DNA of 28,909 nucleotides from a virus (Duplodnaviria > Caudoviricetes): IMG/VR virus record IMGVR_UViG_3300027672_000057, positions 1 to 28,909 of that record; one strand, 5' to 3'. The notes beneath the pieces were generated by a model. That model was not told where the DNA came from. It searched no databases and saw only the letters and a program-made list of their open reading frames with translations. Position numbers and translations under genes: made by a program. Below are positions 1 to 8,506 of the stretch, one piece after another (the first letter of the stretch is position 1; the number at the start of each line of letters is the position of its first letter).

Positions 1-208
1 TGAAACAAAATTAACAGAATGGGCTAATACGCCAGATGGAGCAGCTGAAGAAGAAGCTACATCACATGGTGAGCCATATGAGAATTTTGCACAAAGTGTT
101 AATTTAAGTCTTAAACGTTATTTAGATGCAGAAGATATGAAAGTAGGCTTAAAAGAGCATACTGTAGCAGATATCAAAGAAGCATATAAAAAATCTAAAG
201 GCGAGTAA
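1..208 (+). repeat. Direct repeat copy 1 (copy 2 at 1636..1843)
   Basis: Ungapped alignment at offset 1635. One mismatch in the first ~100 nt, then clustered differences that are synonymous at first and partly non-synonymous near the stop. Confidence 0.95.
2..208 (+). CDS. 3' end of a gene truncated by the window edge; paralog of the C-terminus of 944..1843 (putative head-internal protein)
   Basis: Frame from position 2 reads ETKLTEWANTPDGAAEEEATSHGEPYENFAQSVNLSLKRYLDAEDMKVGLKEHTVADIKEAYKKSKGE-stop (TAA 206-208), nearly identical to the end of 944..1843. Confidence 0.85.
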   Translation, partial: ETKLTEWANTPDGAAEEEATSHGEPYENFAQSVNLSLKRYLDAEDMKVGLKEHTVADIKEAYKKSKGE

Positions 209-210
209 TA

Positions 211-951
211 ATGGATATTGCAGAAATACGCAGATTAAAAGAACTATCTGGTATAACAGAAGATAGAAATGATCAAGTCTTTTATCTAATGAAAAAATCA
301 TTATTAAGAGGCAAATGGTATCTTGAGAATGAAGAAATGGATCCAGAAATGGTTTCATCAGAATTACGTGATATTAACAATATGCTTGATGCTGTTGAAA
401 ATGGTATAGATGATATATCACTGGTTGGTCTAGATACAGCAGTAGACGAACAATACATGCATTTACACAGACAATGTGCTGCTAAGTTAAAAGGTGCAGT
501 TTCTAATATATATGGAGTAGATCATGACGTTCTACCACTAGATGCAAAACCTAATCCAGATTCACCATATAATTCAGGCCAAGTAGAAGAATCATCCATT
601 GCAGAAGAATTTGAACCGCACATGATGTACGATCCTAAAACAGGTGAAGGCAAACATGCAAAGGTTGAAAAAGATCATTTAGATATGAAAGCAAAAGGTT
701 GGGGACACGATAAGCCTAACAAAGTAAATGAAGAACATAATATAGACATACTTAAAGCAGTTGCACAGCAAATGGAACAAGATGCTCACACAGGTGACTT
801 TACTGCTATAGAAGAATTGTTACAAGATATACCACAAGAAAATTTAGAAGCATTTTTAACTGATCACAGAAGTAAAAATGAATACCCAGAAGAAAATATT
901 CAACCAGCAGTAGAAACTGTTGAACAAAATGAGGAAAAAGGCAATGAGTAA
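211..951 (+). CDS. Acidic hypothetical protein, putative head-internal/prohead core-like
   Basis: 246-aa ORF, E/D-rich; N-terminal EIRRLKELSGI motif; hydrophobic-x-E sites (ITE, IAE, VNE) between modules. Confidence 0.7.
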   Translation: MDIAEIRRLKELSGITEDRNDQVFYLMKKSLLRGKWYLENEEMDPEMVSSELRDINNMLDAVENGIDDISLVGLDTAVDEQYMHLHRQCAAKLKGAVSNIYGVDHDVLPLDAKPNPDSPYNSGQVEESSIAEEFEPHMMYDPKTGEGKHAKVEKDHLDMKAKGWGHDKPNKVNEEHNIDILKAVAQQMEQDAHTGDFTAIEELLQDIPQENLEAFLTDHRSKNEYPEENIQPAVETVEQNEEKGNE

Positions 952-1843
952 TTTAGACAGAATGATAGAACTTGCTAGCCATGGCACAAGCAGAGCTCAG
1001 GGCCAGGTTTCAGCAGAAAGAGAAATGAAAGACATAGCAGTAACAGAAGAACCAACACAAGAAGCAGTTGGCGAATTTGCAGATCCAATTTTGGATTTAT
1101 GCGATGAACTAGGATGTGAGCCAGATCATCCAGTACTTGACGAATTAATTCGTTATTTGGATGCTGACACTATTAGAGATTTTGTAGCAGACTTCCGCAG
1201 ACACAACGAGATGGATGCAGACCAAACTGAAGAATCAGTTACTAACGAAGCAACAGGCGTATGTGAAGACTGCGGTTGTGAAATTGATAACTGTAAGCCA
1301 GGTTGTGATTGTCCAAACGATTCACACGATGCATCAGGCGATCATTGGGTAGCTGAAGCAAAAGCAAAACCAGACTTTGCAGACATTGACGGTGATGGCG
1401 ACAAGGACGAAGACATGAAAAAAGCAGCAAAAGATAAAGAAGATTTAGACGAAGCACAAAGTCCAGCACAAAAAGCTGCATTTGCAAAAATGCTAGCCTC
1501 TAAAGGTGGAAAAAAAGCTGATGAGTCTGATGAAACTGATACAGATGATAAAGAAGAATTAGATGAGTCTCCAACAATGGATACTACACAACTAATTAAC
1601 TTAATGAAGAACTCAGGTTTAAGCGAAGAAGCAATTGAAACAAAATTAACAGAATGGGCAAATACGCCAGATGGAGCAGCTGAAGAAGAAGCTACATCAC
1701 ATGGTGAGCCATATGAGAATTTTGCACAAAGTGTTAACCTAAGTTTAAAAAGATATTTAGATGCAGAAGATATGAAAGTAGGCTTAAAAGAACATAAAGT
1801 TGAAGATATCAAAGAAGCATACAAGAACGCAAAGAGCAAATAG
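944..1843 (+). CDS. Acidic modular hypothetical protein, putative head-internal/scaffold-like
   Basis: ATG at 944 after GAGG preferred over 920; Cys cluster CEDCGC..C..GCDC; DxDxDG loop (DIDGDGDKDE); LDE sites; followed by a terminator. Confidence 0.75.
   Translation: MSNLDRMIELASHGTSRAQGQVSAEREMKDIAVTEEPTQEAVGEFADPILDLCDELGCEPDHPVLDELIRYLDADTIRDFVADFRRHNEMDADQTEESVTNEATGVCEDCGCEIDNCKPGCDCPNDSHDASGDHWVAEAKAKPDFADIDGDGDKDEDMKKAAKDKEDLDEAQSPAQKAAFAKMLASKGGKKADESDETDTDDKEELDESPTMDTTQLINLMKNSGLSEEAIETKLTEWANTPDGAAEEEATSHGEPYENFAQSVNLSLKRYLDAEDMKVGLKEHKVEDIKEAYKNAKSK
1636..1843 (+). repeat. Direct repeat copy 2 (copy 1 at 1..208)
   Basis: Same 208-nt span ending at the stop codon. Confidence 0.95.
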
Positions 1844-1867
1844 TTTCCCTTCTCCCGAAGTGAAATC

Positions 1868-1906
1868 AAAGCGGTGTAGTTTTAATTAGCTGCCCCGCTT
1901 TTTCTT
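1868..1906 (+). terminator. Rho-independent terminator
   Basis: AAAGCGGTGTAGTT...AGCTGCCCCGCTTTTTCTT: imperfect GC-rich stem followed by a T tract, downstream of the stop at 1843. Confidence 0.75.
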
Positions 1907-1907
1907 G

Positions 1908-1915
1908 TATAAATA
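1908..1915 (+). promoter_or_regulatory. T4-type late promoter
   Basis: Exact TATAAATA, intergenic, 5 nt before the ATG at 1921. Confidence 0.8.
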
Positions 1916-1920
1916 GTAGT

Positions 1921-2616
1921 ATGCAAATACCTACATATACATATACCGACCCGTTTGATCAGACTATAGAATTTATAATACCAGCTCCTCACACAAATAT
2001 CTGCATAAGCATATCCGGCGGCGCCGATAGTGCTATATTACTATATATGTTAATAAACTATTGTGAAGAACATAGGACAGATGCAGAAATACATGTTATA
2101 ACAGCTTCTAATCCACTTAAAGGGTGGAAGAATGCTAAGTGGAGTACAAATGTTATAGATACAATACTTCATCTTACAAAAACAAACCTAATTAAAAGTC
2201 ATCACACTGTTTACAGCAAACAAAATTCTAGACAAGAATTAACTAGTACTGAAAAAATGATACAAATTAAACATGGCATTACATTTACTATTGATGGCAC
2301 TACTCAAAATCCAGCAGTAGAGGTTAGTGACACATTTGGACCACCGACATTAAAAAACCGCGATCCTGGACACGGCAGAAACATTTGGTGGACTAGTGAT
2401 ACAGGAGTAAAATATTTTATTCCATTTATGCACGTAGACAAACGTATGGTAGCACACTTATATAAACATTTTGATATGCTAGACGTATTATTTCCACTTA
2501 CGAGAAGTTGTGAGTGGCACAATTCAAACACATTTGACTCTTCTAATCCAGGTGATGGACACTGTGGTCAATGTTGGTGGTGTAAAGAACGTGAATGGGC
2601 ATTTGGGAGATTATAA
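1921..2616 (+). CDS. queC: QueC-like PP-loop ATPase (7-cyano-7-deazaguanine synthase family)
   Basis: ISISGGADSAILL (SGGxDS PP-loop) and C-terminal TRSC...HCGQCWWCKER Zn site; family call is sound, exact activity unproven. Confidence 0.7.
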   Translation: MQIPTYTYTDPFDQTIEFIIPAPHTNICISISGGADSAILLYMLINYCEEHRTDAEIHVITASNPLKGWKNAKWSTNVIDTILHLTKTNLIKSHHTVYSKQNSRQELTSTEKMIQIKHGITFTIDGTTQNPAVEVSDTFGPPTLKNRDPGHGRNIWWTSDTGVKYFIPFMHVDKRMVAHLYKHFDMLDVLFPLTRSCEWHNSNTFDSSNPGDGHCGQCWWCKEREWAFGRL

Positions 2617-4172
2617 TGGCAGTTGATACTAAATTAACAAAAACCCCGTACAAAAAAGAAAAATATACTGAACAGCAAATCCACGAACTTGCGTTATGCT
2701 CTACTGATCCTAAGCACTTTATGAAGGAACACTGTTATATTCAGCATCCTACAAAAGGTCGTATGAAATTTGCTTTATATGATTTCCAAGAAGAACTAGT
2801 AGACATATATCATAACAATAGATACAGTATTAGTATGCTTGCACGACAAACAGGTAAATCAACTTGTGCAGCAGGTTATTTGTTATGGTATGCAATGTTT
2901 AATCCAGATCAAACCATTTTAGTTGCAGCACACAAGTACAGCGGAGCAAGTGAAATTATGCAACGTATTAGATTTGCTTACGAAACACTGCCTGATTTTA
3001 TTAGAGCTGGTGTTACAGCATATAACAAAGGATCGTTGGAATTTGATAACGGATCACGCATTGTAGCACAGAGTACAACAGAAAATACTGGACGTGGTTT
3101 GTCCATATCATTAGCATACTTAGACGAGTTTGCGTTTGTTAGACCTAGTGTTGCAAAGGAATTTTGGACTTCACTATCTCCTACACTAGCAACAGGTGGT
3201 AAATGTATTATTACAAGTACGCCAAATATGGACGATGATCAGTTTGCACAAATTTGGCGAGATGCAAATAAAAATGCAGATGAATTTGGTAACGCAACAG
3301 ATCAAGGTATAAACGGATTTGCACATTATCTCGCAACATGGGAAGTACACCCAGATAGAGATGAAGAATGGGCTAGCGTAGAACGTGGAAAAATTGGCGA
3401 AGAAAGATTTAGGCGTGAACATAATTGTGAATTTATTGCGTTTGACGAAACACTAATTGATAGTATTAAACTTAGTAACATGGAAGCTAGAGACCCGTAT
3501 GCTAAAGCAGGACAAGTACGTTGGTATGCACCAATTGCTAAAGGTAAACTTTATATGATTGGACTTGATCCTAGTTTAGGAACAGGCGGAGACAACAGTG
3601 CTATACAAGTATACAGTATGCCCGGTATGAAGCAAATAGCAGAATGGATGCATAATAGAACTACAGTACAAGGCCAGATTAAAATATTAAGAGAAATTGC
3701 ACAGTACATTGAAAGTGAAACTGATGGAGACTGTGAAATATACTACAGTATGGAAAATAATACATTAGGCGAAGCAGCATTAGTTGTTGTTGAAGAACAT
3801 GGAGAAGAAAACTTTCCTGGTACATTCTTAAGCGAAACACGACAACATGGAAACTCTAAACGTTATAGAAGAGGCTTTACAACTACCCACAAAAGTAAAA
3901 TCAGTGCATGTGCTAAATTAAAGCATTGGGTTGAAACAGAAAAATTAGAAATAGCAAGTAAACCATTGTTAAGAGAATTAAAAACATTTATAGCCAGAGG
4001 CAACAGTTATTCTGCAAAAGACGGCGAACATGATGACCTTGTGATGGCACTTAATTTAATTGTACGCATGAGCATGGAAGTATCAAAATACGAAGAAAGT
4101 GCGTTTGAATACTTAAATGATGACTTTGAAGACGGTGATGGAATGGAACCTATGCCATTTAGTTTAATATAA
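2616..4172 (+). CDS. terL: Terminase large subunit, T4 gp17-like
   Basis: Walker A ARQTGKST, Walker B LAYLDEFAF, coupling motif ITSTPN, nuclease IGLDPS and HDDLVMA; ATG 2616 with GGAGA upstream overlaps the previous stop (TAATG). Confidence 0.96.
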   Translation: MAVDTKLTKTPYKKEKYTEQQIHELALCSTDPKHFMKEHCYIQHPTKGRMKFALYDFQEELVDIYHNNRYSISMLARQTGKSTCAAGYLLWYAMFNPDQTILVAAHKYSGASEIMQRIRFAYETLPDFIRAGVTAYNKGSLEFDNGSRIVAQSTTENTGRGLSISLAYLDEFAFVRPSVAKEFWTSLSPTLATGGKCIITSTPNMDDDQFAQIWRDANKNADEFGNATDQGINGFAHYLATWEVHPDRDEEWASVERGKIGEERFRREHNCEFIAFDETLIDSIKLSNMEARDPYAKAGQVRWYAPIAKGKLYMIGLDPSLGTGGDNSAIQVYSMPGMKQIAEWMHNRTTVQGQIKILREIAQYIESETDGDCEIYYSMENNTLGEAALVVVEEHGEENFPGTFLSETRQHGNSKRYRRGFTTTHKSKISACAKLKHWVETEKLEIASKPLLRELKTFIARGNSYSAKDGEHDDLVMALNLIVRMSMEVSKYEESAFEYLNDDFEDGDGMEPMPFSLI

Positions 4173-4856
4173 ATGAAGGCAACGTTGATTATATATAAGT
4201 CTGGTCAATGTGGAAATTACATAGCATCAAACATATCGAGATTTATATTAGAAGAAGAAACAACATACTTTAAAAATGAATTTAATGAGTATCTTCATCT
4301 AAAAGGATACCAAATATCATTTGATGCAAATGATGGCAACCAGACAGACAGTACATCAGTTATTCCATCACACTTTAACACATTAATGAAAACACATGAG
4401 TCTGCTGATGGTATGAATCCAGGCTACAATATACAAAATTATAGATTAATGCTGAACAAAATAAAACGACGATATGACAAGGTAGTAGTAATCAATAACA
4501 ATTGGAATATGTCTTGGTCAAACACCTTAGGTGCAGTTAAGAAAGATATGGTACTTAACAATCATTTATCAAGTGAAAAATTATTATTAGATCAATATGA
4601 CACTGTTTCTGGAATAGATGAATTAAATGTAGCAAAACATTATGCATTTTTAAGTAGAACATTAAAAAACTTAGGAATGGACGTGTTTGATGTAGATTTT
4701 AAAGAATTATTAATAGATAAAAACATAGAATTATATAATGAGATGTGTTCATTCTTTAATAAACAACACTCGTTAATAGGATACAACAACCTGGCTAATT
4801 ATGTAGATAAAAACATAGAACTAATGGAAACTCACGGTTTTATTATAAGTGAATAG
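4173..4856 (+). CDS. Hypothetical protein, possible P-loop/sulfotransferase-like fold
   Basis: 227-aa ORF abutting terL; N-terminal strand-loop-helix LIIYKSGQCGNYIAS; fold call is weak. Confidence 0.6.
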   Translation: MKATLIIYKSGQCGNYIASNISRFILEEETTYFKNEFNEYLHLKGYQISFDANDGNQTDSTSVIPSHFNTLMKTHESADGMNPGYNIQNYRLMLNKIKRRYDKVVVINNNWNMSWSNTLGAVKKDMVLNNHLSSEKLLLDQYDTVSGIDELNVAKHYAFLSRTLKNLGMDVFDVDFKELLIDKNIELYNEMCSFFNKQHSLIGYNNLANYVDKNIELMETHGFIISE

Positions 4857-4871
4857 AATAATCTGTATTTA

Positions 4872-4879
4872 GATAAATA
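4872..4879 (+). promoter_or_regulatory. Late promoter variant
   Basis: GATAAATA(C), intergenic, upstream of 4904. Confidence 0.65.
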
Positions 4880-4903
4880 CATTAATAAAGGGAATACTAT
4901 ACA

Positions 4904-6184
4904 ATGCAATTATCACAAGAAATTTTTAACATCCTAAAAGGGGCAAACATTAAACTAAAATTGTTTGATCCAGCAGGAAATAAAACATTAGATCCAGAAT
5001 TGTCTGCAAGATTTTACGCATACGATCAGGACTTTCTTATCACAATACGTGAAGAAGACGGTCAAGTTGAACTAGTTGTACAAGCAGGAGCAAGTTTCAA
5101 CTTTGACAAGAATAAGAACCTATTGAATAGTATCAAACGAGCAGGACACAACGCTATGGCAGAATATAACATTAGAAAATTTGATAAGAATATCGAACCA
5201 AAAGATTTCGCACACGAAACAGTATCCGAAGGATATGCAGTGGCAACAGGAAGTCTTAAAACAAGCTACATCCAATTACCAGAATCTACTAGACTTATAA
5301 TTAGACACTCAAAAGGTGTTAATGAAGAAGTTAGAGGATCACGTTCACGTAATATACAATCTATGTTTATTGAGAACAGTGCAGGAGAAAGATTTAAATT
5401 CCCACACAGATATTTACAAGGTGCTAAAGCTATGGCCAAGCACGTAAGCATGGGCGGAACTCCATATGATGCAATTGGTGAGTCAATTATATCAATATGT
5501 GAAGAAGTATCGCAATGCAATCAATTTATAAGACATGTTCGTACAAATAAGCTAGTTAATGAAGGCAATGCAAATATTGTTGAAACTATCAAGCATAAGT
5601 TAAATGAACTGAAAAATACCGTAAAAACCTTACAAACTACTAGAGGTTATGATAGTTATGAGGCTCCTACAAGCACAATCGCAGAAAATTCCAAAAAAGA
5701 GGTTGACATATCCGATAAGTTTATGTATAATACATTTGAAGCTGCTAAAAATATGGACGCAGTTTTAGAAACAGTTGCTCGTATAATAAAGGAGAGAGAT
5801 GGTATGACAGATCTAACTAAACAATATGTAATGAGGCTTTATGATATGATTAAAGCTAAGGAAGATTTTAAACTAACAATCAACCCTGACGATCCGGAAC
5901 ATCCTGATAATGAAGACCCAGTTAAATATTCAGGCGGTAATGGTGCAATGGCAAAATTAAGTTCTATGCTATCGTATCTAGCTATGTCAAGTAAAAATGA
6001 CGAAGCGTTTAATATACTAAGCCACCTTGGCTCAGAGCTGTACGACTTACCTCAAAATCATGTCGTTATGCTTGCTAAGATTTGCAAATTCCTTGATGGA
6101 AACTACTCAGTAGAACCTAAAGCAGTTGCAGGCGAAAGTATTGTAGAATCAATTATGACAGGTTTACGTAGGAAAATTGCTTAA
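4904..6184 (+). CDS. Hypothetical phage protein (late, probably virion-associated)
   Basis: 426-aa ORF behind a late box and AAGGGA RBS; segmented by VSE/VNE/IAE/IVE sites. Confidence 0.8.
   Translation: MQLSQEIFNILKGANIKLKLFDPAGNKTLDPELSARFYAYDQDFLITIREEDGQVELVVQAGASFNFDKNKNLLNSIKRAGHNAMAEYNIRKFDKNIEPKDFAHETVSEGYAVATGSLKTSYIQLPESTRLIIRHSKGVNEEVRGSRSRNIQSMFIENSAGERFKFPHRYLQGAKAMAKHVSMGGTPYDAIGESIISICEEVSQCNQFIRHVRTNKLVNEGNANIVETIKHKLNELKNTVKTLQTTRGYDSYEAPTSTIAENSKKEVDISDKFMYNTFEAAKNMDAVLETVARIIKERDGMTDLTKQYVMRLYDMIKAKEDFKLTINPDDPEHPDNEDPVKYSGGNGAMAKLSSMLSYLAMSSKNDEAFNILSHLGSELYDLPQNHVVMLAKICKFLDGNYSVEPKAVAGESIVESIMTGLRRKIA
5703..5731 (+). promoter_or_regulatory. Intragenic sigma70-type promoter
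   Basis: AAAAAAGAGG-TTGACA-17 nt-TATAAT, perfect consensus, inside CDS 4904..6184. Confidence 0.7.
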
Positions 6185-6217
6185 ATAATTATTTAAATAA
6201 TTTTCTGTAAAAAACGC

Positions 6218-6246
6218 TTGACAGTAGGCGTAATATGTTATATACT
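6218..6246 (+). promoter_or_regulatory. Sigma70-type promoter for the SSB-uvsX-uvsY operon
   Basis: TTGACA-17 nt-TATACT with AT-rich upstream tract. Confidence 0.85.
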
Positions 6247-6345
6247 GTAAAGGCAATCAAAGGCAAAGTAACAATAATGTTACAAAACACAAAGTGGGAC
6301 ATGTAGTTCCGCTACAAATAAAGGCTAATATAGGAGAAACTAATA

Positions 6346-7350
6346 ATGGCATCTTTAGCAGAAATCCGTGCAAAACTACAGGCACAAGATAAAAAGAGTT
6401 CAGGCTCTAGTAGTAACACAGGCGACAACGCCATCTTTACACATTGGAACATTCCAGAAGGAACTAGTGCAACACTACGTTTCCTACCGGATGCAGACGA
6501 AGACAACACTTTCTTTTGGAAAGAACGTCAAATGATTCGTTTAAGTTTTCCAGGTGTCAAAGGCGGAGACGAAAACAAACCAGTAACAATCCAAGTACCA
6601 TGCGTAGAAATGTGGGGTGATACATGCCCAGTACACGCAGAAATTCGTCCTTGGTTTAAAGATCCAACTATGGAAGACATGGGTCGTAAATATTGGAAGA
6701 AGCGTTCATACGTATTCCAAGGGTTTGTACCACAAAGCGAATTAAAGGAAGATACAGTTCCTGAGAATCCAATTCGTCGTTTTGTAATCTCACCTCAAAT
6801 TTATAAAATTATTAGTTCAGCACTAATGGATCCTGAATTCCAGGAAATCCCAACTGACTACGAAGCTGGTACAGATTTTACAATTAAAAAATCTACCAAA
6901 GGTCAATACGCTGACTATAGCACATCTAATTGGGCTCGTAGAGAACGTAGCTTAGATCAAGCAGAACGTGATGCAATTGCAACATATGGCTTGTTTAATC
7001 TAAACGACTTCTTACCTAAGAAACCAGATGCAGAACATCTAAACGCTATCTTTGAAATGTTTGAAGCAAGTGTAGATGGACAATTGTATGATCCAGCACG
7101 TTTTGGTAATTACTATCGTCCATATGGTGTTGATGCACCAGCTCCAGGCGCAGCTCCAGTAGCGGCACCAGTTGCAGCTCCAGTAGCAGAAGCAGCACCA
7201 GTTGCAGCTCCAGTAGCGGCACCAGTTGCAGCTCCAGTAGCGCAAGCAGCTCCAGTAGCACAAGCAGAACCAGAAATGGCGACAGCTAATGCAGGAAGTG
7301 CAGTACCGAGTGCTCAGGACGCTTCGATTAGAAATCGTAAAGATCAATAA
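6346..7350 (+). CDS. gp32: Single-stranded DNA-binding protein, T4 gp32-like
   Basis: ATLRFLPD, C...GDTCPV, KYWKKRSY, GTDFTIKK...YADYSTSNW match the gp32 core pattern; AGGAG RBS; upstream of uvsX. Confidence 0.9.
   Translation: MASLAEIRAKLQAQDKKSSGSSSNTGDNAIFTHWNIPEGTSATLRFLPDADEDNTFFWKERQMIRLSFPGVKGGDENKPVTIQVPCVEMWGDTCPVHAEIRPWFKDPTMEDMGRKYWKKRSYVFQGFVPQSELKEDTVPENPIRRFVISPQIYKIISSALMDPEFQEIPTDYEAGTDFTIKKSTKGQYADYSTSNWARRERSLDQAERDAIATYGLFNLNDFLPKKPDAEHLNAIFEMFEASVDGQLYDPARFGNYYRPYGVDAPAPGAAPVAAPVAAPVAEAAPVAAPVAAPVAAPVAQAAPVAQAEPEMATANAGSAVPSAQDASIRNRKDQ
7135..7266 (+). repeat. Coding tandem repeat (Ala-Ala-Pro-Val units)
   Basis: 12-nt units GCAGCTCCAGTA/GCGGCACCAGTT; an exact 38-nt duplication at 7150-7187 and 7204-7241. 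Confidence 0.9.
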
Positions 7351-7362
7351 GTAATATAAATT

Positions 7363-7386
7363 AGTGGGGGGAGAAATCCCCTCGCT
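7363..7386 (+). other. Intergenic GNRA-capped hairpin
   Basis: AGTGGGGGGA-GAAA-TCCCCTCGCT, 10-bp stem with two G-U pairs, no U tract. Confidence 0.7.
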
Positions 7387-7405
7387 CTTAACAGGAGAAA
7401 ACATT

Positions 7406-8506
7406 ATGGCGAGACCATTTGACGTAAGTAAATTCCGTAAAGCTATTACTAAAAGTGTACCAGGACTAAGCGTAGGCTTTAATGATCCTGATACATGGAT
7501 TAGCACAGGAAATTACACACTAAACAAACTTATCAGCAACGATTTCCATAAGGGAATTCCACTAGGCAAAGTAACAGTACTTGCCGGTGAAAGTGGTGCA
7601 GGTAAATCATATATTGCTGCAGGTAACGTAGTTAAATCAGCACAAGAACAAGGCATTTTTGTTATCTTAATTGATACTGAGAACGCACTCGACGAAGCAT
7701 GGTTACATGCACTTAAAGTAGATACTTCACCAGAAAAACTATTAAAACTTAACATGTCAATGATTGATGATGTTGCTAAAACAATTAGTGACTTTATGAA
7801 AGACTACAAAGCAGAATATGCTGACGCAGAAGATGAAAATCGTCCTAAAGTATTGTTTGTAGTTGATTCGTTGGGCATGCTACTAACACCTACAGATGTT
7901 AATCAGTTCCAAGCAGGTGATATGAAAGGTGATATGGGTCGTAAACCTAAAGCACTTACATCACTAGTACGTAACACAGTTAATATGTTTGGACAATACA
8001 ACGTAGGACTACTAGCAACTAATCACACTTATGCATCACAGGATATGTTTGATCCAGATGATAAGATCTCAGGCGGGCAGGGCTTTATATACGCATCAAG
8101 TATTGTTATTGCAATGCGTAAACTAAAACTTAAAGTAGATGCAGACGGTAACAAAACATCACAAGTATGGGGTATCCGTGCTGCGTGTAAGGTAATGAAA
8201 ACACGTTACTCGAAACCGTTTGAAAGCGTACAAGTTGAAATTCCATACGAAACAGGTATGAGTCCATTTAGTGGCTTAACTGATTTCTTTGAAGCTAAAG
8301 GCATATTAAAGAAAAGTGGTAACAGTTTAGAATACATTAGTCCTACAACGGGCGAAATAATTAAAATGTTCCGTAAGCCTTGGAATGCAAATAAAGATGG
8401 CGCATTAGAAACAGTTATGCGTGAGTATGACGACGACATAGTTGACGCAGTTGAAGAAGAAGTAATAGACACTGAAATGATGGAGGAAGCAAATGAATCT
8501 AACTGA
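7406..8506 (+). CDS. uvsX: RecA-like recombinase UvsX
   Basis: WISTGN, Walker A GESGAGKS, IDTENA, Walker B FVVDSLG, TNHTY, ISGG; ATG 7406 after AGGAG. Confidence 0.95.
   Translation: MARPFDVSKFRKAITKSVPGLSVGFNDPDTWISTGNYTLNKLISNDFHKGIPLGKVTVLAGESGAGKSYIAAGNVVKSAQEQGIFVILIDTENALDEAWLHALKVDTSPEKLLKLNMSMIDDVAKTISDFMKDYKAEYADAEDENRPKVLFVVDSLGMLLTPTDVNQFQAGDMKGDMGRKPKALTSLVRNTVNMFGQYNVGLLATNHTYASQDMFDPDDKISGGQGFIYASSIVIAMRKLKLKVDADGNKTSQVWGIRAACKVMKTRYSKPFESVQVEIPYETGMSPFSGLTDFFEAKGILKKSGNSLEYISPTTGEIIKMFRKPWNANKDGALETVMREYDDDIVDAVEEEVIDTEMMEEANESN

Noticed and set aside
1-1843. Repeat pair as a diversity-generating retroelement TR/VR
   Set aside because: Differences are not confined to adenines of one copy, many are synonymous, both copies are coding, and no reverse transcriptase is in the window
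1844-1865. Small hairpin TTTCCCTTC-TCCC-GAAGTGAAA
   Set aside because: Weak stem with a mismatch, next to a better terminator; no independent support
1342-1869. 175-aa minus-strand ORF
   Set aside because: Ser/Phe-rich antisense shadow of the acidic + strand gene; no RBS or motif
6187-6202. Perfect 16-bp palindrome AATTATTTAAATAATT as an operator or terminator
   Set aside because: All A/T, single copy, plausible by chance in this composition; more simply part of the promoter's upstream AT tract
7135-7266. CRISPR-like array
   Set aside because: Contiguous 12-nt coding units with no unique spacers
7039-7506. Minus-strand ORFs with CxYWSCNW and LELQLV repeats
   Set aside because: Alternative readings of the AAPV repeat in the SSB gene
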